A DNA stretch of 58,216 bases, filler included, from Sluysia triapertura (Eukaryota): assembly GCA_046118255.1 (NCBI GenBank). It is 4 parts of 4 records of this genome, joined end to end, with 100 filler letters (N's around TTAATTAATTAA, not from the genome) between each part and the next. Parts side by side here need not be neighbours in the genome. Positions count along the whole stretch, not along the records: positions 46,010 to 58,216 come from JBJNIA010129295.1; 3 more parts are not named here. One strand, given 5' to 3'. A program made the position numbers and the translations under genes. This document shows positions 51,948 through 58,216 of the stretch, piece by piece (the first letter of the stretch is position 1; the number at the start of each line of letters is the position of its first letter). The notes under the pieces are model-generated. The model ran no database searches. It was given only the letters and a program-made list of their open reading frames with translations, and was not told the origin of the DNA.

Positions 51948-54493
51948 GTTATTTATACAATTGTGTAACTTATGAACACCTAATTAGTTAAAATTTTAAG
52001 TTTATCTTCTATTTGTCGAAATATGTTTTAGCGTTCAAAATTCTGTTTTGCATTAATATACATGGGATCGTAAATAAACTCATTAATTTTGAGCACAGAA
52101 TTATGGTAACTATGACCCAGAATATGCTAAGTGTTACATGACACTTAAGAATGCAAATCACAACTACTAGTTGTGATCGTGAAATTGGTACCAGGATACT
52201 AAAGATATTCTGTGCAAAACTGAATACCTACTGATTGAAAATTTAACTTTATTTTTTAACCAATACCAGCTGCATAATGAAGTAATTCAAATGACGGAAG
52301 AACGCTCTGTGACAAATTTGTTTTACATATGACTTATTTAAATATTTTAGCAAAATATGGGCTAAATTAGCAAAATTAGTAGTATTTAAAAAGAATTTAA
52401 TTATTGTTTTAATATATAACAGAAATCTGATGAATCTATCACTCATTATGCTTTTGACCTGCCAATACTAACAAACAGGGTTTTTCCAAATTTTGATACA
52501 GAATCGAAAAACTTTTTACGAATTATATGGCTGAGTTTTACAGTTTAATGTCTTTTTATACATATCAGTCAATATTGTTTATAGCAGACGGTATTTTTTG
52601 TGTCTGAATAAAAATTATACTGCTGCACAACTTTTTGTGTATAAACATAACTTTTCCAGCCAAAAATTCAAAAAAAACTGGCCATTTAATGGGTTACTGA
52701 AATTTTATCATGTCGATGTGGCTTATTAATATAAATGTGGGCATTCAAAATAATATTTTATTCGCAAAAAAATATAAAACCAGAGTTTAAAACCTGCCCT
52801 ATTTAGTCGACTATATTTGGATGAATTTAATTTTTTTACATTATTTTATTAAATCATTATCATTATATAATTGTGCTAAACTTTTTGTAAACTGGTAAAC
52901 ATTTAATTAGTTAACATATTGTGTTCGTTGAAATGTATTATTATTTTAGCGTTTAATATACTTTTTGCCTCTATGTATTGTCTAGTACATAAAATCACCA
53001 ATTATATTTGCCAGAAATATTTGCCAATTATATTTAAGTAATTTCGTCTAGTTGATACAAATTGTTTTGACTAGACATTTTACATTTAAACTTTATTTCA
53101 ACCAAAAGAAATGCATTACAATACGCTACATAATCCTCAGATACCATTGCATTTAAGCAGCTCAATTTGTGTTATGCACCATAATAATAATATTAATAGT
53201 AATAATAATAATATACTAAAAATTGTAGAAAAATAATAAATTTTAAAAACAGTTTAATCATAAATATAGTAATACAGCAATAATTTTTTAATTTTGAAGA
53301 ATAATGGATTTTAAAAATTTAATAATAAATCTTTACTTATTAATTATTAATAATAATTGTTTTTTTTTCAAACAATAAAGTAAATAAATAATTTCTCTCT
53401 CAAATTTAACTATCTAAGAATCAGCATAACAATGATTATTTTATTCTTAAATTGACAGTTTTGGTTTATCGAAATGTTCATAACACAATTTTGGAGTCAA
53501 CTTGTCAGCCACATTAATCGGCCATTTTTGAAAAATTGTTAAGACTATATCACTGCATTTAATTAGATTTGTTTTTATATAGTAAGTTTAATATTTTTAA
53601 GATTGATTCATTTTTGAAGAATAAACTTTAAACTAGACCTAAATTCATTTATTAATTGTTTTGCCTTGATTTGATTAGGGCGAAAATCTCTTTTAAACTA
53701 AAGGCAATTAATCTTTAATTACATTATAATCACTTTGAAAATATTTGATATTTTATTCATCTTTTATCTTTGAACTCTTTTATTTTTGTGCGTTAAATTG
53801 TTATTTTTATTACTTTATTATTTTTATTTTTTACAAGGATATTATTATTTGTATTTAAATTATTAATTAAGTAGATTTACTTGTTTTTAATTGTTACATT
53901 TGTGAATAATTCTTGCAAAATATTTACATGTTTAATAAATGTCAAAGAAATTGTTCAAACTTTACCCATGCAGTCTTAGGATAATAATGATAATTATTAT
54001 TGCCACACGATTCATTGTTAGTTTAAGTAATTACATATGAATACATAAAATTGTACAAAATTAACATTAACTGCTATAAAAGATAAGAGTTGTAGTAAGC
54101 CGTGGATTGTAGCTAAACCCATTAGGTAAACTTATTTTGATTAGAAGTAATTAAGAAAATTATAATAATTTTATTCACTAAAAATGATAAACAAATATTT
54201 TATATAAACAATTATTTTACGTAAATAGCTCGAAAAATAAATATTTTTATCCATTTGTAATGCTTATAAAATTATAAAATATATTATTGCGTAAACTGAA
54301 ACAGAATTATTAATAAATTCTACAAAGAATTTTTGACACCTTAGAGAAAACAGTACATGATTAATAATATCATATTAAATAAATTAATGTAATAAATTAA
54401 TCATATTAAATAAATTAAAAAAATCAACCTTTTACTTTTTGGAAATATTTTAACAGTTTAATTTAAATTATAAATTAATCAATATATTTTAGA

Positions 54494-56666
54494 CAGATTG
54501 TACGAAACTGTTTTTCGTAAAGAAAATGCAATTTTTGTGTAATGGTAAATACTTGTTGATGACAATTAATGGACATATTTCAGGTTAAAATAATTGCTTC
54601 AAAGAAATAGCAATTTTTTCGTTACGCCCTATATAAAATATTTTATTTAATGCATTACAAAAAATATATATTAATGATATCTAATTATTAAGGATAAAGA
54701 AGAAAACATTTTAGAAAAATTATCAAAGAAAGTGAAATTGTTCTGTTCCGAAAATGATTGTAGTATTATTGAAAAATCATATCAAATTTCTAATAAAGTG
54801 TGTGTTTCAACAAGTATGTTGCATTATTTTCAAATACCAGTAATTTTAGAAACAAAACAAGAGTTCATAAATACTTGTGTTAAACATATTGATAAATATT
54901 GGAATAATAATTACCTAGCCTTACGAGATTATTGTGATGGTTTGCTTAAAAATTTGGATTTTAATAATAATTATAATACTTCATTACAATAACTTCATTT
55001 TTAATTATTACAATAGTAATATAAGTAATATAATTATAAGTAGTAATATAAGTAATGTGTATAAATGAATTTTTAATTTGTTATGAAAATTTTATGGTTT
55101 ATGTAATAAGTGTACATATAATAATGCAAATGAAATTTGTTTAGAGTTACATAAATTCTGGTCCAGCAAAGTGAGATTTGTTATGTAAAAATATACATGA
55201 AATTTGTCATGAAAATTTTTGTAGACTTAAAATTATATAAATTTTGGATCAGGAAAAGAAAATAGGAATAATACAAAAGGCACAGAATATAGATTGAGTA
55301 CTCACAAGTTTGTTTTACAATTCTTTAAATAAGATTTTTAGATTTGAAGATTTTTAAGTTACTATAGTCCAAATGAGACTTATATTACCACAGATTCAAA
55401 TTATCACAATTTAAAAATGAATCTTAAATTATCACAATCTAGAAGGATTTTTAAACTATCGTAGTTATCGAAGGAAAGCTATAATTTGTTATGGAAAGAT
55501 CGACCACAATCAACTAAAAGATAATCTTAGATTAATGAAGATTTTCAACTTGTCTATTACTAAAGGACTAAATGAATTTCTTTTTTAAGTTATCTTGGAA
55601 TAATTTTTATCGTTTGTAGTTTTAGCTATTTATTTCGACTATTCAATGCTTTTTTTCACAATAGGAGGCTTTTTCACATATATTGGATTCACATATAATT
55701 GGCTTTTTATAAGGTATGGCTCGAAACCGAAGATTTTTTATTAAATTGTAAAAATAAAAAACAACAAATTAATAAATTAAGATATGTCAGAATCATAAAT
55801 ATAAAGAAAATTAAAACTACAAAGAAATAAAACTAACGTCTTAAAATAATAATAATAATGGTAATTTCGAAAAATTTTCATAATAATAAATTGTGGTGGC
55901 CCAGCCCACACCTACCTACACATCACATAAACCATCTACATAAACCTCAACACAAAAAATTACACCATGGCAAATTTTACACATATCATTCACAAGATTA
56001 CACTACTCATCATATAAAATCACAAATGCCTAGTAAAATTTCTTTTATGAACATTTTTTAATCAAAATATTAAACTCAGTGTTCATTGTCATTTTTATCA
56101 TCGTCATGACGCACTCTCCTCTTGCCTCTATTTCTCACTTTTTATTTTATATTTTTATATCTGAAATGTATTTGTTATATGATTATTTTCTCTTAGTTCA
56201 AGTTTTCCTTTTATTTTTTTATGATTACAAACGTAAGTTACCAGAAAATTTAGAAAATAGTTTAAAAAATATAAATTCCATTAATATTGAGTGCAAAGAA
56301 GATCTCATACATTTAATGATTCTCAAAGCTGTTAAAATATCAAATTATAAAATCCAATTATCTGTACAGTTATTAAAACATGCTCATAAAGTACTAGAAA
56401 CTTTGTCACTACAATCAAAAATTTTTAAATCATCTTGTATTTCTGTTGAAGAATTGAAAGAACAATTTTCGTTTAAACAGTTAATAAAGTGTAATTATGA
56501 TTTTGATAATTTGTTTGATATTATCACAGAGTTTTTACAATTTATAGAAAAGAATGATTATATTGTTGCCCAAGAATTGATCTTGTGTTTAGCAGCTGTA
56601 AATGTATGTATGTGCACACTATTTCTCAAATACAAATATGATTTACATTTTAAAAAAATCATATAA
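54494..56666 (+). pseudogene. Possible fragments of an unidentified multi-exon gene
   Basis: Helical-looking ORFs 54732-54992 and about 56200-56666, and a 40-nt GT-AG segment near 54545-54583. No consistent stop-free model could be built. Confidence 0.25.
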
Positions 56667-57032
56667 CGCTTGTGATATGTTATTTCCTGATTAAAAGTAA
56701 TCGAAGAATGTTTTATTTTTACTAATCATCAAAAACTATAATATGAAAACTGTCCCGAAAGTAAATAAATGTTATTTTTAAATACATTACAAAACTTAAT
56801 TTCTACTACTAAAAATGACAGTAGTAGTGGTGATAATAATGATTACAATTATGATGATCATATATATAGTGATGATCTCAATGAATATGGTGATAATGAT
56901 AACAATAATGACGATGATTATGATGATAATTATAGTAATAACATACACACAAAGGCCAATTAAATTCATAGTGCCGTAACAACATCTGTTTAGCATATAA
57001 ATAGGCAGATAACCATCCAAAAACACACAAAA

Positions 57033-57900
57033 ATGGAAATTCAAAATTTTTTGAATTATTGTCCGATGGTTCGATGGTTTACTATGTTTGAAATGCAAGT
57101 GGATTCAAGCGATGTAGCAGATGAAGGATTAACACTAGATATAGAATGGTATTACTATCAAGTGAAAGATGCAACAAAGGAACATCTCAATGATGCTGAT
57201 ACCACAATCCTTTTCGAATTTGATGAACCCCGAAAAGCTGTGGCTACTGGTGATAATGGTGATCGAGTAGTGATGTTCGTAAGGAGGTGAGATGTAATTA
57301 GTCGAGTAGCAGATTACGTGGTACATTATATGTTCAACATCCACGATTTTGAATATGATTATTTAAAACCAATTAAAATTAAAGAAGTGTCGTTAATAAA
57401 GAGGACACTATATTAGTTGCGTCCTACTTACCTTGTTATTACTATTTCAATTATGATGAATATAATAAATTTAAGCGACTAGAATATTCTTTTAAATATT
57501 CTAGTTATGTCTACTTAGATCATTATCTGAAATATTTGTGTACATTTAAAATTAAAGAAGTGTCGTTAATAAATAGTACTACCTACAATATATTAGTTGC
57601 GTCTTAGTTACCTTGTTATTACTATTTCAACCATGATGAATATAATAAATTTAAGCGACTAGAATATCCTTTTAAATATTCTAGTTATGCCTACTTAGAT
57701 CGTTATTTGAAATATTTATGTAATTTTAAATTTAAGGAAGTTTTGGCGATAAAAAGAATTAATGACAATATATTACTTATATGTTATTTCTGTTGTAACA
57801 TCATCTTCAAACGCGATATAACTAAAATAAAAATAATTACTGTTATTCTTTTAAAATTAATATTCGATTGTCTTTATTTTATTTTGTATGGAAAAAATTT
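57033..57900 (+). pseudogene. Decayed intronless ORF with internal repeat units of about 60 aa
   Basis: ORF 57033-57290 reads on past its TGA (DVISRVADYVVHYMF...KIKEVSL) into tandem units and then into ORF 57707. Confidence 0.4.
57373..57745 (+). repeat. Tandem duplication, unit 173-180 bp, about 2.1 copies
   Basis: TTAAAATTAAAGAAGTGTCGTTAATAAA starts at 57373 and 57546, with a partial copy at 57726. Confidence 0.92.
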
Positions 57901-58216
57901 TGATTTATTACTAATAGTTAAAATTGAACTTTATCAAAGCTTTTATATTAATTTCAATTTAAAAGAGAGTCATAACTTAAGTAATGTAATCATGATATGG
58001 CGTATAAATTGCATCAAAATGACAAATGCGTGGTTATCTACATACATGAAGGAATTAGATTGTCAAATTCAAATTCTACTCGGTAGTCAAGCTATCAAGT
58101 GTCAGCTAGGTTCATCAATAATGCGAGATATAGTGATACAGTTTATGTTGATGGGATTATAAAGATTTGAAGTTATAAAAGATCGAGAGGGCTTATTTTT
58201 ATATAAATAATAACAA

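Noticed and set aside
55858-56061. His-rich ORF and similar CA- or TG-skewed patches (10620-10740, 29284-29480, 46330-46470)
   Set aside because: Low-complexity strand-skewed sequence with no repeat unit or coding support; possibly low-quality sequence.
56769-57098. ORFs 56769-56963 and 56796-57098
   Set aside because: Products of a degenerate (GAT/AAT)n low-complexity tract.
57033-57290. RPB8-like similarity (LTLDIEWYYY)
   Set aside because: Only a few residues resemble it; other RPB8 motifs are absent.

Overview
AT-rich eukaryotic (animal) genomic DNA, not prokaryotic. The window joins four separate contigs (1-13886, 13987-29183, 29284-45909, 46010-58216) with artificial 100-nt N44-TTAATTAATTAA-N44 linkers, so adjacency across linkers means nothing. 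Recognisable host genes are three exons of a fibrillar-type collagen (minus strand), four 5' exons of an HDHD5/CECR5-like HAD-IIA hydrolase (plus strand) and a C2H2 zinc-finger terminal exon. Several introns are only 35-48 nt, suggesting a compact, possibly parasitic invertebrate genome (inference; species not determined). Most of the rest is decayed mobile DNA: Tc1/IS630, mariner, pogo/Tigger, piggyBac-type and probable Ty3/gypsy remnants, MITEs and microsatellites. The most unusual observations are: (1) a CCA-tailed tRNA-Leu 3' half followed by a tRNA-Leu 5'-like start, held in a 40-bp inverted repeat and supplying the stop codon of an octapeptide-repeat ORF; (2) a heat-shock promoter with no visible HSP gene; (3) decayed intronless orphan ORFs on three contigs preceded by an ATTGG-N4-CCAAT palindrome; (4) a collagen with only 138 uninterrupted Gly-X-Y triplets before its C-propeptide. 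All calls were made by eye, without database searches.
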